A DNA stretch of 19,752 nucleotides from Paraspadella gotoi (lineage: Eukaryota; Animalia; Chaetognatha): NCBI GenBank assembly GCA_051294375.1, contig JBJCIZ010000899.1, positions 1 through 19,752 on the forward strand. The letters are read 5' to 3'. This document shows, in pieces, positions 1-11,266 of the stretch (position 1 is the stretch's first letter; each line of letters opens with the position of its first letter). The translations under genes and the position numbers were made by a program. Below the pieces are notes generated by a model that saw nothing but the letters and a program-made list of their open reading frames with translations, ran no database searches and was not told where the DNA came from.

Positions 1-190
1 GATAAATAAACAATTCGAATAAATATTCTCTTCTTCGAGGGAAAGTTAATTTCTTTGGGTCCACAAACTTTATAACTTTAAATTAAAAAATAATTACGTT
101 TTTTTTAGTATCGGAATAAAAAAAAATTAAAATCATGTCATTACGAAAACAAAGCTCAAGGTAAGACAATTTCGAGTTGTGAATATAATT
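1..190 (+). repeat. Block A, inverted-repeat partner of ~5312-5616 (probably extends left of the window)
   Basis: AAACAATTCGAATAA...TCCACAAACTTT...TAATTACGTTTTTTTTAGTATC...GGTAAGACAAT...GAGTTGTGAATATAA has its reverse complement at ~5312-5616. Confidence 0.9.
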
Positions 191-469
191 AAAAAAAAGA
201 AGAGAGATGTTCATATATTTATTGTTTGTTTCGATTTGGCAATCCGTTCAATTCAATTGTTCGCCATTTCTGGAAATGCCTCTTCTCCTCTCTTCCCCAC
301 TCGATCGTTTGTTTGTTTTGGAATTCGTAAAAAAAAAAATCTTTTATCGATTCGAAATTTCGAATTCGTTCAAAGGTTGAGATGAAAAAAAAATAAGAGA
401 GGATGGAAATATGCGCTGCGGTGTCTCGGGCGGCGCTGAGAGGGACGAACGCGCTGCCAACACAAAAAG

Positions 470-760
470 TGAAAACGTGTCCTTCGATGTTTCCTTCAGC
501 GGTTTCTGCGAAAGCCGTTTCCTTCAGTGTTGTATTTGAGTTTCCTTTGGTGTTTCTTTTTGTGTTGTTCTTAGCGGGTGTTTCCTTCAGTGTTTCCTTA
601 ATGTTCCAACATTGTTTCCTTTTAGTGTTCTTGGCAAATGTTTTCTTCGGTGTTTGGCTTCAATGATTCTTTCCAGTGTTGTCCTTCGGTGTTTTGTTCA
701 TTTCTGCTTCTTTTTTATGTTTATCGGTCGATTTATTTTTTTCATTCGTTCCTTCGTTGA
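470..760 (-). CDS. Left-arm copy of the KETx-repeat exon (12 bp GTGTTTCCTTCA-type degenerate repeat)
   Basis: Reverse complement of 16879-17150. Minus-strand AG acceptor at 762-761 and CTAAC branch-point motif at 777-773. Several indels. Confidence 0.45.
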
Positions 761-1398
761 CTAATCAAATATGTTAGTTTGGCGCAGTTTTTAAAATTAA
801 TTTAACCAATTAAATTGTTGCGTTCGATGTTTAATTTCTGGTTTAATATGCGGCGAAAAAAATATAAAAAACCATGCGAACGAAAGCCCTCTTGCGGCGA
901 CAAGTGTTTTTGACGGGCGCCCGCAACAGCTGCGGCAGCGCGCTTTTTTTTTTCCCCGCCGCAGCCACGATCCCCGGAGCAAACCGGAATGCGAAATTAA
1001 GACGGGAAGACATGCGGCGGTTGACCCTTTCCCCCGCCGCATCGCTCCCTCTCTTTCTTGTCCACCCTGTTCCTTACCAGTCTCCACCGATGTTTACGTT
1101 TCTCCTTTTCCGTCTGCCCTCCTCCTTGATTTCTCCTTTCCTACTTATCTTCTCACGCAATTCTCACTCTCCTCTCCTCGTCTCTTCCTCCTTCATCTCA
1201 TCCTCTCTCTCTCCTCTCTCCTCTCTCTCTCTCTCACCCTTCCCTCAATCTACTGCTCCACTTTTTGGAAGGGGGAGATGAGTCACTTCCAATGGACAGC
1301 AAGTGGATAGAAAAGACGGAGGAGGACGACAGATAAAATTTTGAAGAGTGTGACTTATTTGAGAGCTGCCAAGGACCTCACCGCAAGCCAATAGCGCA

Positions 1399-1497
1399 CT
1401 CTCTCTCTCTCTCTCTCTCTCTCCAATTCTCTCTCTCTCTCTCTGCTCTCTCGTCTCTCTCTCTCTTCTTCTTCTCTCGCGCCTCTTCTCCTCTCTC
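1399..1497. repeat. (CT)n microsatellite, imperfect
   Basis: Directly visible CT dinucleotide runs. Confidence 0.95.
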
Positions 1498-1714
1498 AAT
1501 GCCGTTCGGAGCCAAACAGATTCTTTAATTTAGAATTATTTTAATAAAACGATAAAATGAAAAGGCATTTGAGAATAACCATAGTCAAATAAAAAAGAAT
1601 TGGAAATATAAAACGGAAAAAGCTTCTTCTAGTTACAAAAATAGAGAAATACGAAAGAAGGCATACAATGAAAAAAAAATATGATGAATAAGGAAGAGAG
1701 AATAAAAGGTTTTT

Positions 1715-1875
1715 AGAGATAAGAGAGAGAAATAGAGTCAAGGTTGCGAAGAGGAAGACAGAAAAAGAAAAAGAAGGAAGGAAAGAGGGGAGAAGGAAAG
1801 AAAAGAAGAAGAGAAGGAGAAAAGGAGAGGAAAGGAGGGAAAAGGAAAAAGTGAGAGAGAGAGAAGGAAAGAATA
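1715..1875. repeat. GA-rich polypurine low-complexity tract
   Basis: Almost exclusively G/A; the mirrored position in the right arm is an N gap. Confidence 0.85.
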
Positions 1876-2253
1876 GTAAAAGACTGGGGCGAAGGAAAGC
1901 GGAGGAAAAAGGGAAACAAACATGTAAATCGGGAAAAAGCGGAACGACAATGAGATGGAGAGAGCGAAAAAATGGAGAAAAAAAACTATTTTTCTTTCCT
2001 TTTTCTTCCGGCTTTTTTTTTGTGCGGAAACCGGCAAAAAATGAAATGGCGCAATCGGAAGGGATTTTTGTTCGATGAATGAAAGAAGAGAGCTCGGGGC
2101 TTTGGAATAAAACAAGTGATGTCGTCAATTGGCTACAATCGAACGAAAAACAATTGCATTCGCAAGCTAAAATGGAAAAGATAGACCTTTGGATCGGAAA
2201 AAGATGTTTTTTTTTCGGCGCGGATTGCCTCCTAGTCTTGGCATCGTCTTTCC

Positions 2254-2256
<3 letters not shown>

Positions 2257-2331
<75 letters not shown>

Positions 2332-2353
2332 TCTCTTCTCTCTCTCTCTCTCT
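2257..2353. repeat. (CT)n microsatellite
   Basis: Directly visible; source of the spurious SLSLSL/ERERER ORFs. Confidence 0.95.
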
Positions 2354-5192
2354 CGATTTCCACCGGCGCGTGTTTAACTGTTATCGTCAGTCTCATAACC
2401 ATTTCGGACGATCGCCTCAACCAGCCCGAATGACGGGTGAAGGGGCTGCGTGGAGTCGCGTGAAGAAATGGCGCGAGGTGGAGTGAGAGTGAGAGAGGGC
2501 GAGAAAAAAATAGAAAGTAAGAAGAAGGGAAAAAGTGGGAGATAGGCGGGAAAAAGCGTTGAAGGTGGCAGGGAGGCGCATTGGAGTATTTCGTGGGGAG
2601 ATCGCATAAAAATTGCAAATACTGCTCCGCTACCGCAGGGACAACTACATAGAAAGTGAAGAGTGAAGCCTTATGAGATGAAATGGGAAAGCGATGTTGT
2701 GAAGTATGGAGGTGAGTCGGGGTGATGGATGTAAGGGATGAGAGGCCATGTGAACTCGTCGAGGGGAAGGGGAAGGACGAGGGCCGTGATTCCGCGAAGG
2801 TCGTGACTGCGATTAATGTCAAGACGCAAAGAAAAAAAAGAAATAAAAAACCTGAGAGAGTTCGGGAAAGAGGCGAAAAGACTGATCACGATGAGAGATG
2901 GAGTTTGAATGAAGATCGAAAGAAGGTTGGAAGGGAGAAGTCGACTAGATTCGAAAAAAGGACGGGCGGCGTTGGAGTCGATCTATGGCAGAACTGCAAA
3001 GGCAGACTTTAACGATTTTCACGCTGTGTGGGGTTTGGCTGATAAAAAAGCAACTTTCAATCAGTCAGAACCAAGAATATCGGACAAGAAACATGAAACG
3101 ATTTGAATCTCATGCGCCTGGCAGGAGAGTTTTTAAAATGACGAAATCTAGTTTATACAGTGTTGGTGATTGCGTGGAGTATCTTCCTTATTTAATATTT
3201 ATATAGCAACACAATCGAAAACAGGGTAAAGCATTTCCTATGCGTCGCGCTCACTTCAAGTTATTCTTTGGTGTAACAGTCCATTTACTTTCAAGACAGA
3301 AGGGAAGTAGAGGAGCCGGGGTCAAGGCGATCCGGGTAAGGGGAACCGAACCTTCATACTGAAGCGTCGGGGGTCCGACTTTTTACATATTCATGACGGA
3401 GGAGGCATCGCAATTTGGTCGCTCGGATTTATCAGAGTTTTTCATGGGGAGGGAAACCTGGGAGAGGGATGTGGGTTGGTTGGACGTCAGATTCGAGGAC
3501 AAGAAGATTTTGTTTTTTCGGGTTGAGAAAACGAGTGATTTTCGGAGAACTCATTTGATGGGGGATTTTTTTTTAGCCTTTAAGGTGTCTCTGTGTCGGC
3601 CGGGGTCGTCATACTTGCATTAAGTCTCTGATTTTCAATTTAAACTGTCGATAAACAAACAAAATAACAAAATAAACATTTAAACAACTTAGTGAAATGG
3701 CTTCAATATTCCCATCGCCTCCCTCCTAAATCAATTATCTCTGCCGACTTCTATAACCACGTTTCTGCTGCCCGGCATGCGTGTCTTACTTTGCCCGTCT
3801 TTCTCTCTTCCTCCACCGCCCTTCGACGACAAACCTTTCTGCGGTTTTCGTTGAGGCGAAAAAAAAAAACCACGAAAAATCGGAAATAAGACTACGAGTT
3901 CAAAGTTCGACCGTAAACACAATACGGAGAGAAAGATGAAATGATTCAGAAATGGAGAAAAATGAATAGAATTCCTAAAAAAAATATGGAGGACGGAAGA
4001 AAAAAACCTTATACTGTGAGGAAGATTCTGAAGTTGTATCAATTTTTATAGAAACGAAAAGCAAGATAGTGAAAGAAATGAAATGGTTAAATAAGTGAAA
4101 TTCAAATGCGCATCTTTCGTTAAAATTTTCATGGTTTCTACCCGAGACACAGCGAGAGTTATCCCCAGTTATTGCAGCATGAAACCAAGCTGAATGGGCC
4201 AATCGCCCCCCTACAACACCCTCGTTGATAATAATCCGGTCTCCAATTTCAACCACAAATTTTATTCATCCATTTCTCATTGGGTCTTTGATCTACAGTC
4301 CGGAAATCGGTCCTCTTCCACTGTAATTGTCAAAGGAAATTGGCATCGCAACCGCAATGGGGTTCAGCAAAAGTGGGTATATTGTGCTTTCAGTCAACAT
4401 TGGCAATCTCTTTTTCTTTGTTTGGCAATGTTTGGTCTCTCATTGATTCGGCATCCGGGCATCCTCCGATTGGTTTCCAACCAATCCTTCCAAGGTCAAA
4501 CCAGACAACGGAATCTCTCTTCAATCTCTCTGATCCAAGGTTTTATTTTTTTTTTTTGCGATGCCATTTGGGTTCAGACCAAACCCGGGGTCGCTAACGT
4601 TCCAAGTGGGGCATCGTTCGCCATTACCCAAACGGCAACACACTGGTTTCTCTGGCTCTCCGTTTTCCTCCGTCAAAGGCCATATAACCAGTTAACAGCG
4701 CCGAATTAAGCTACCGTCTCTGGTCACGACCCTCCCCCGGAGACCTTACCTTCTCTGCTTACCACCTCCGCTACACAACCGCCACTCCTTCCCCACACAA
4801 CAGCCTCAAATAACGCCCCCACACCAAACGCGCCACTCCCTTCCGCCACAACTGCCTCTTCGCACGCCTTCCAAAGTAATAATCGGCAAGAGTCGATATT
4901 CATTAGCCTCGGCGCATGAATCTTCTTCGAGTCATTTGCCGTTGCCCCTGGGGGGGGAGGAGGGGTGTGGTGGGAGAAGTAGGGGGGGTAGGGGGGGGCG
5001 CGGTTGGAAAGTAGACAGGGGAACGTGAAAAGGTTTGGGAGGGAAACTCGCGGGTAGGGGATTGAACGGATGCGGCACGGAGGGCTTTAGGATCTCGAAG
5101 GTTGAAATATTGGACGCTGCAGGGCTGAGACGTTGAGAGGTGGTAACTAATGGTGATAACTCGGAGGTTACAACACACCCGTCGATTTATCA

Positions 5193-5315
5193 TTTACGAA
5201 AATGGGAGTGAAAGGTGAGGAGGTCGGAAAAAGTGTAAGTTANNNNNNNNNNNNNNNNNNNNNNNNNTTTACCGAAATGGAGTGACACAGTGAGGAGGTC
5301 GGAAAAGTTAACTTA
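5193..5315 (+). other. ~50 bp sequence duplicated on both sides of a 25-N gap (overfilled scaffold gap)
   Basis: TTTACGAAAATGGGAGTGAAAGGTGAGGAGGTCGGAAAAAG before the gap and TTTACCGAAATGGAGTGACACAGTGAGGAGGTCGGAAAAG after it; N run 5243-5267. Confidence 0.85.
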
Positions 5316-5427
5316 TATTCACAACTCGGACATTGTCTTACCGTTGAGCTCTGTGTTTCGATAATCGAACAGTGATTTTAATTTTGTTTCTTTATTCCAG
5401 ATACTAAAAAAAACGTAATTATTTTTT

Positions 5428-5476
5428 AATTTGCTGATGAAGACTCGTAACACTAAGAGTCGAAACATGTACATAT
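5428..5476 (+). ncRNA. Minimal type I hammerhead ribozyme motif
   Basis: CTGATGA (5434-5440), extra A, stem II GACTC/GAGTC (5442-5446/5457-5461) around a 10 nt loop, GAAAC (5462-5466), palindromic ACATGT stem III, GTA cleavage triplet (5469-5471). Stem I is weak: ATTTG/CATAT, 4 of 5 pairs. Confidence 0.75.
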
Positions 5477-5528
5477 ATATAAAAGTAAAAATTGCTATTA
5501 CAACGAATTTTTAGTTTCATCTCTAAAC
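5433..5528 (+). mobile_element. 96 bp insertion, probable 5'-truncated Penelope-like element (pLTR) or retrozyme-like fragment
   Basis: Absent from the block A copy, which has a single TAATTT site (AAATTA at 80-85). Flanked by TAATTT at 5427-5432 and 5529-5534. Starts with a hammerhead core followed by an A-rich then T-rich tail. Confidence 0.7.
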
Positions 5529-6953
5529 TAATTTAAAATTATAAAAAGTTTGTGGACACCCAAAGAAATAAACTTTTCCGTCGAAGAAGAGAGATATTAT
5601 TCGAATTGTTTATACTCGCCAGAGATTGAACGCAGAAAGAGAGTTCCAGTCCAGCTGCAAGCCGCCCGCTGTTTTCGTTTTCGAGAAGGAACACGATCGA
5701 GCGAGGCCTCGATTTTTTTCGGAGAAAACAGAACGCGCGAAGAAAAAAGCATTTACGATCGAGAGACAATGACTCGATTTACTTTCACGGTCACTATAGT
5801 GTGATAAATCGACGGGTGTGTTGTAACCTCCGAGTTATCACAATTAGTTACCACTTCTCAACGTCTCAGCCCTGTGACGTCCATATTTCCATCTTTCGNN
5901 NNNNNNNNGCCCTCCGTGCCGCATCCGTTCAAATCCCCTACCCACGAGTTCCCTCCCAAACCTTTTCACGTTCCCCGGTCTACTTTTCCAAACCGCGCCC
6001 CCCCAACTCGCCTTCTCTCCCACCACAACCCTCCTCCCCCCCCGGGGGAACGGCAATTGACTCGAAGAAGATTCATGCGGCCGAGGCTAATGAATATCGA
6101 CTCTGCCGATTATTACGAGGCCGATAATGGGGCGGTTATGGCCTTTGGAAGGGGGCGGAAGAGGCAGTTGTGGGGAAGGGGTGGCGGTTGTGGGGGCGTA
6201 TGAGGCTGTTGTGGGGAAGGAGTGGCGGTTGTGGTAGCGGAGGTGGTAAGCAGAGAAGGTAAGGTCTCCGGGGAGGGTCGTGAACCAGAGAGGTAGCTTA
6301 ATTCGGCGCTGGTTAACTGGTTATATGGCCTTTGACGGAGGAAAACGGAGAGCCAGAGAAACCAGTGTGTTGCCGTTTGGGTAATGGGCGAAACGATGCC
6401 CCACTTGGAACGTAGGACCCCGGGTTTGCTTTGGTCTGAACCCAAATTGGCATTCCCGGGCAAAAAAAAATAATAGAAAACCTTGGATGCAGAGAGATTG
6501 AGAGAGATTGCCGTTTCTGGTTCGGACTCTGGAAGGATTTGTTGGTAAACCATTGGAGGTATCGCGGATGCCGAATCAATGAGAGACCAAACATTGCCAG
6601 AACATTAGAAAAAAGAGATGCCCAATGTTGACTGAAAGACCAAATTAACCCACTTTTGCTGAACCCCAATTGCCGGTTTGGATGCCAATTTTCCTTGACA
6701 TTACAGTGGACAGAGGACGCATTTCCGGACTGCTAGATCAAAAGCACCCAATGAGAATGGAAGAATTCAAAATTTGTGGGTGAAATTGGAGACCGGATTG
6801 ATATCAACGAGGGATGTGTAGGGGGCGATGTTGCCCTTTCAGCTTGGGTTTCATGCTGAATAACTGGCGATACTCTCGCTGTGTCTCGCGGTAGAAACAT
6901 GAAAATTTTAACGAAAGACTGTCGTCGCATCTTGAATTTCACTATTTACACCA

Positions 6954-7180
6954 TGATGGTGGACTCAAAATCCACCAACCGTTCATCAGCATGGCCATGG
7001 GTGCCAAAGGGATCGGGGTTCTAGCCCGGTGGTCGTCTGGCAGTTATATAGAGGACGGGGCGCTTTAACCCGCCTGTTGTATCAATCTGAGTGTTTCAGC
7101 CTGATCCGAAGCTCAGGGACTGCTTAATAATTGAACGCGTTCTGTCATAACACACTTATCAATAATTACTGTTTCCTTCA
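6954..7180. mobile_element. Solo-LTR-like insertion, 227 bp
   Basis: Absent from the left arm (empty site ...AATGGTTAAATAAG... near 4082-4095). Ends TGATGG...CCTTCA (TG...CA, 5 of 6 inverted match). TSD ACCA at 6950-6953 and 7181-7184. Internal TTATATA near 7044 and AATAA near 7126 and 7161. Confidence 0.8.
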
Positions 7181-8008
7181 ACCATATTCATTCTTTCACT
7201 ATTTGCTTTTTCGTTTTTTATAAAATTGTATAACTTCAGAATCTTCCTCACAGTTTAAGGTTTCTTCCGTCCTCCATATTTTTTTTAGAATTCTATTCAT
7301 TTTTCTCCATTTCGTGAAATCATTTCATCTTTCTCTCCGTATTGTGTTTACGGCAGAACTTTGAACTCGAGTCTTAGTTTTCGATTTTCGGTTTTTTTTC
7401 GCTCAACGAAACCGAGAAATGGTTGTCGTCGAAGGGCGGTGGAGGAAGAGAGAAAGACGGGCAAAGTAAGACACGAGTGCCGGGCAGAGAAACGTGGTTA
7501 TAGAAGTCGGCAGAGATATTGATTTAGGAGAGGGGATGGGAATTGAAGCCATTTCACTAAGTTGTTTAAATGTTTATTTTGTTATTTTGTTAATGTTTAT
7601 CGACAGTTTAAATGAAAATCAGAGACTTAATGCAAGTATGACGACCCCGGCCGGACACAGAGAGACACTGAAAGGCCTATAAAAAAAAAAATCCCCCATC
7701 AAAATCGCTTTCTCCGAAAATCACTCGTTTTCTCAACCCGAAAAAAAAAATATCTTCTTTTCGAATCTCGTCAACAACCTACATCCCTTTCCCAGTTTCC
7801 CTCCCCATGAAATCTCTGTAAATCGACGACCAAATTGCGATGCCTCCTCCGTCATGAATATGTAAAAACTCGGCCCGCCGACGCTTCAGTATGAAGTCGG
7901 TTTCCCCTTACCCCGGATCGCCTTACCCCGCTCCTCTCTTCCCTTCTGTCTTGGAAAGTAAATGGACTGTTTCCACAAAGTACTGAGTGACCGCGACGCG
8001 TAGGAAAA

Positions 8009-8746
8009 TGTGGAGATTGATCACCCGAGCTTCTGTTGCGTTTCGGGGCGCTAGAGAGAGGGGAACAAAATTACCAATTAGCCTCTGATAAAAATAGACA
8101 TCTCTTATTATTTACATACATATATCCCTAAAAACGATTTAATTGAATCAACAATAAAAAGGTCATACTCCCAAGGCAATTCGAATACCCAGGAGACGTT
8201 AATAGATCCAAAGAACTTATGACCCAGTTGGTAATTCACCACTTCAACATCGAACAATAGAATTCCAAAATACATTGTATTATGAATAGTTATCTTAACA
8301 TAATACTCATGTCCAAAACAAAAGGTACATCATCTCGACTGTTACCTGATGTCATACTAAGATCACACTCAAGTAGCAATTTTTAATTGTTTTCCAGTTT
8401 TTAACCATTAAAACATGATTCCTTAATATTCAAACGCTGTTCTAGCGATCAGTCTTCAGAGATCAATATTACTCGTTAATGATTATTAGTTATTAATAAT
8501 GTTTATTAATTGTTATTGCATTGTAGACATATAGGTATTCTTTTTAATTTGGGGCTTTGGGGCTGACAAAAAGCATGAATATCTATATTGCTTGATTGCA
8601 TTTTATTAAGCGTCTATTTTACAAAAAAAAAAAAAGCTGAACAAAAAATAAACATTTGTCTCTGGCAAAACATTTTTAATTATTTGAAACGAACTTACTG
8701 AACTTGAGATTTAGCGAAGTGGCTATATAAGTTTCCGTCCGCCACA
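8009..8746 (+). repeat. Putative 5' LTR (~738 bp)
   Basis: Begins TGTGG (8009-8013); a matching inverted CCACA lies at 8742-8746, followed after 2 nt by a PBS-like sequence and a shift from AT-rich to GC-rich sequence. The right boundary is inferred because the 3' LTR is unavailable for comparison. Confidence 0.6.
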
Positions 8747-8748
8747 AT

Positions 8749-8767
8749 TAGTAATCCCGCTACGATT
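8749..8767 (+). other. Degenerate primer-binding site, tRNA-Trp-like
   Basis: TAGTAATCCCGCTACGATT aligns at 12 of 19 positions with TGGTGACCCCGACGTGATT (complement of the eukaryotic tRNA-Trp 3' end, recalled from knowledge) and lies 2 nt after the CA of the putative LTR end. Confidence 0.4.
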
Positions 8768-8879
8768 GAGCTCTCGATCATATCGAAGAACCCCACCAAC
8801 TCTTGAGTCAGGACTAAACCCACAAAGCGACGCCGCGAACTCAGCGATCCAAGACGTATACAATAACTCAGATCAGGAA

Positions 8880-10220
8880 TGCCACCACCAGTTTCCAGCG
8901 ATCACCACCTAAGGCCCAAGCCGCGTCGCTTTTAATCTCCGTCTTCAGCTCCGCCCGGCAGACTCTCTCAAACGGCCCGACATCCACGCCAATAAGTCGA
9001 GGCGCCCCCACGCGCCCCGGTCAGACGTCATCAATCCGGCGAAGAAAGGCTTTAGCTTTTCCCCATCCAGACTGCACAGGAGTCTTGTAGACGCCCCCGC
9101 GACGATGAACAGAGCTCCGCCAACGCAAAAAAATGAGAATTGGTAATCCCTAGTAGCACGCTCGACTGCCGCCATGCGCGTACCCGCGCCGCTCAGGAGG
9201 AACGCTCATTCTCGCTCAGAAAACCAAGAGGAACCAGATCTCCCGCCTTTCGACCGCGACAACATGAGATCCTGGAGATAGCCGCGGGTAGAATTCGGCC
9301 TATACACGCGAGCGCGAGCTCATCGCAGCTAAGGATAAGTTTCGCCTTCTCCTGGAGGCGAGATCTCCGTCGACGATCGACCCGCGCCTATTAAAATGCG
9401 TTTCTTACACGGAGAACCGTTCTGAAGTGAGATGGAACGGCTTTCTATCGACTACCTCGCGCGCCGAGTACGTCGGGATTTATACAAAGCCGGCGCCCAA
9501 GCTGAGATGCTTCCTTGCACAGCCAAGATGCCCGCCGACGATGATGAGGTACCGTCCAACACCTGTCCCGCACTCAATCGAGAAGTCATCAACAAGGTGA
9601 CGCTCGATGACATCAGGAAAGACCGCTCGTCATCAGAGCCTTCCCCAGATAAAGCAAGCGTCAATGAACCGCGCCGAATCGTCCACCGCGGCGAAGCTGG
9701 CCCAGAATTCGCGATAAGCGACTTTTATTGCGAGCCCGGCGCAAACCGCTCTAACAAGAACGCGCGATGCCCATCATAACCTCGTCAATTATGATGACGA
9801 CGACTTCCCACTCTCTATCGACGGATGCAGGATCGCAGCAAAGAAGTCAACGCGCGAATAAATCGACGCCATGCGACCAACGTCCAATCAGGAATACTCA
9901 ACCAGGTCGAAACCAACGCCTCCAGCGTGCCTCAGCGAGAGCAGCCTGGAAAAACCGGGGATGCGCCAACCTCTTCGCGGCTTCAGCAAATTTGGCTCAA
10001 TCCATTTAAAATTGGAGACGCCGCCATTATAGATGCCGGAAAAGGATTTGCGCACGCATTGGAAGAAAAAAGCAAAGCGACCACCAAGCCGGAAAAAACG
10101 CCAGGCGGGAAGGCGCAAGGCTGAACGCCATCCCCGCCAGACAAAGTAATTTCACCACGCGACTCTATTACTTTTCTCCATGTGGCCGACGCCTTAGCTG
10201 ACGGAGAAAGCCTGCTCATT
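8880..10220 (+). pseudogene. gag: Degraded gag region of the retrotransposon
   Basis: GC-rich coding-like stretch between the PBS-like site and the protease with overlapping broken + strand ORFs. Possible remnants: VAFxLPSF-like start near 8925 and a zinc-knuckle end (EKACS) near 10205. Mainly a positional call with approximate boundaries. Confidence 0.5.
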
Positions 10221-10573
10221 AGACGAGGCGCAATGACTAATCGTTGGTGCCTCCCAACGCCCGAGCAGAAACAAGTCGCGCGCCCATTCGAGGAAACCGC
10301 AACTCAAGCCGCAAACGGGACGCGCATTAGATATGTATCGGCCCAATGATGAAAAAGACATCACCCTCGGCAAAACTTAAGAAGAATTTCCATATTACAA
10401 GTGTTATCGCCGACGGTCACTCAATAGTATCACTTGCGGCGCAGAATCCTTTCTCCCAATATTTCCTACTCCCGCCGAACCATCGAGACGGCCTATTACT
10501 CGGATCAAAGGACTACTCGATCGAATCACCCTGCTCTCGAGCCTACGCGCCAAACAGTCTCCCATCGTCCACT
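10221..10573 (+). pseudogene. pol: Retropepsin-type aspartic protease domain (frameshifted)
   Basis: QAANGTRIR at 10305-10331, then VIAD (near 10403), a broken LGADFL-like motif and LLPPNHRDGLLL. SLVPP near 10241 follows a damaged D-S/T-G-A-like site. Confidence 0.75.
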
Positions 10574-11266
10574 CAGGGGGAGTGATGAACAGACTCTGAG
10601 ATAACCCCTGCAACCCGATTATTCTTTGCTGCCTATGGACATCACTAAAATCTACACATGGATCTCTGCAATATCCTTTAAATTTTCCAGTTGCCATAAC
10701 CGAACCGAGTATTATAGCGCCAACAACTTCACATCTTATTCATACTCGCTAGTAAAATATCCTATATAAATCGTCAAATTTCAAAATAAATTTTTATTTT
10801 TAAGAACGGATTTGGATTTCGCTTTAAACAAAATGCACAGAACTATTTATCAACAACACTGTATTACCACTAGGAACGTTCACGATTAGATCACCAAAAA
10901 TACTAAAAACGTTTTAACATATATAAGTTTCTACTACAGATAATAAAAAAGTCAGCGAATTTTACATCAATCTTTTTTCTTATTTTAACATGAGATGACA
11001 GATTTTTGATAACATGTTTTATAAATTTTTGATTCACTTTATTATAAGAATACTGAATCTTTTATTAAAAAGTTTTATAAAAAAAAAATTATTTTTAAAA
11101 TTATTATTTTATAAGGATATTACTACAAATATAATATATTTTACTATTCTGTCCCCGACATACATATGACAAAATATTTTTTGTACTAGTCAATATACTA
11201 TCTCACATCTAAATATCATTGTCTCGATCATTCAAATAATTTTTTGTTCTTGAGTGCTCCACTCTA
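10574..11266. mobile_element. ~690 bp AT-rich insertion nested between PR and RT
   Basis: Strong AT-rich noncoding composition inside GC-rich pol. Flanked by similar words ATCGTCCACT (10564-10573) and ATGTCACT (11267-11274). The ends CAGGGGGAG... and ...CTCCACTCTA are weakly inverted. Confidence 0.55.

Larger units (their letters stand above)
209..5192 (+). repeat. Left arm (block B) of a ~5 kb inverted duplication
   Basis: Collinear reverse-complement match to 5802-17404, e.g. GTCGATTTATCA (5181-5192) vs TGATAAATCGAC (5802-5813) and GTTCATATATTTATTG (209-224) vs CAATAAATATATGAAC (17389-17404). Mirrored ORFs such as MINRRVCCNLRVITISYH at 4903-5193(-) and 5801-6127(+) and MTTSLV at 1541-2128(-) and 15405-16001(+) agree. 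Confidence 0.95.
5312..5616 (-). repeat. Block A' (inverted copy of 1-190) carrying a 96 bp insertion
   Basis: TTATATTCACAACTC...ATTGTCTTACC...GATACTAAAAAAAACGTAATTATTTTTTAATTT [insert] AAAATTATAAAAAGTTTGTGGAC...TTATTCGAATTGTTT matches the reverse complement of 1-190 apart from 5433-5534. Confidence 0.9.

Noticed and set aside
470-700. Periodic GTTTCCTTC repeats as a possible CRISPR array
   Set aside because: 12 bp tandem period without unique spacers, eukaryotic context and no cas genes; better explained as a coding repeat.
1245-2822. Long ORFs rich in ER/SL/F
   Set aside because: Products of CT/GA microsatellites and polypurine tracts with no domain motifs.
4950-5003. G-run cluster with G-quadruplex potential
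   Set aside because: Homopolymer lengths are unreliable here and differ in the mirrored copy (5995-6048); no independent functional evidence.
6955-6990. Minus-strand CTGATGA followed by a hairpin inside the solo LTR
   Set aside because: No GAAA follows the hairpin, so it is not a hammerhead.
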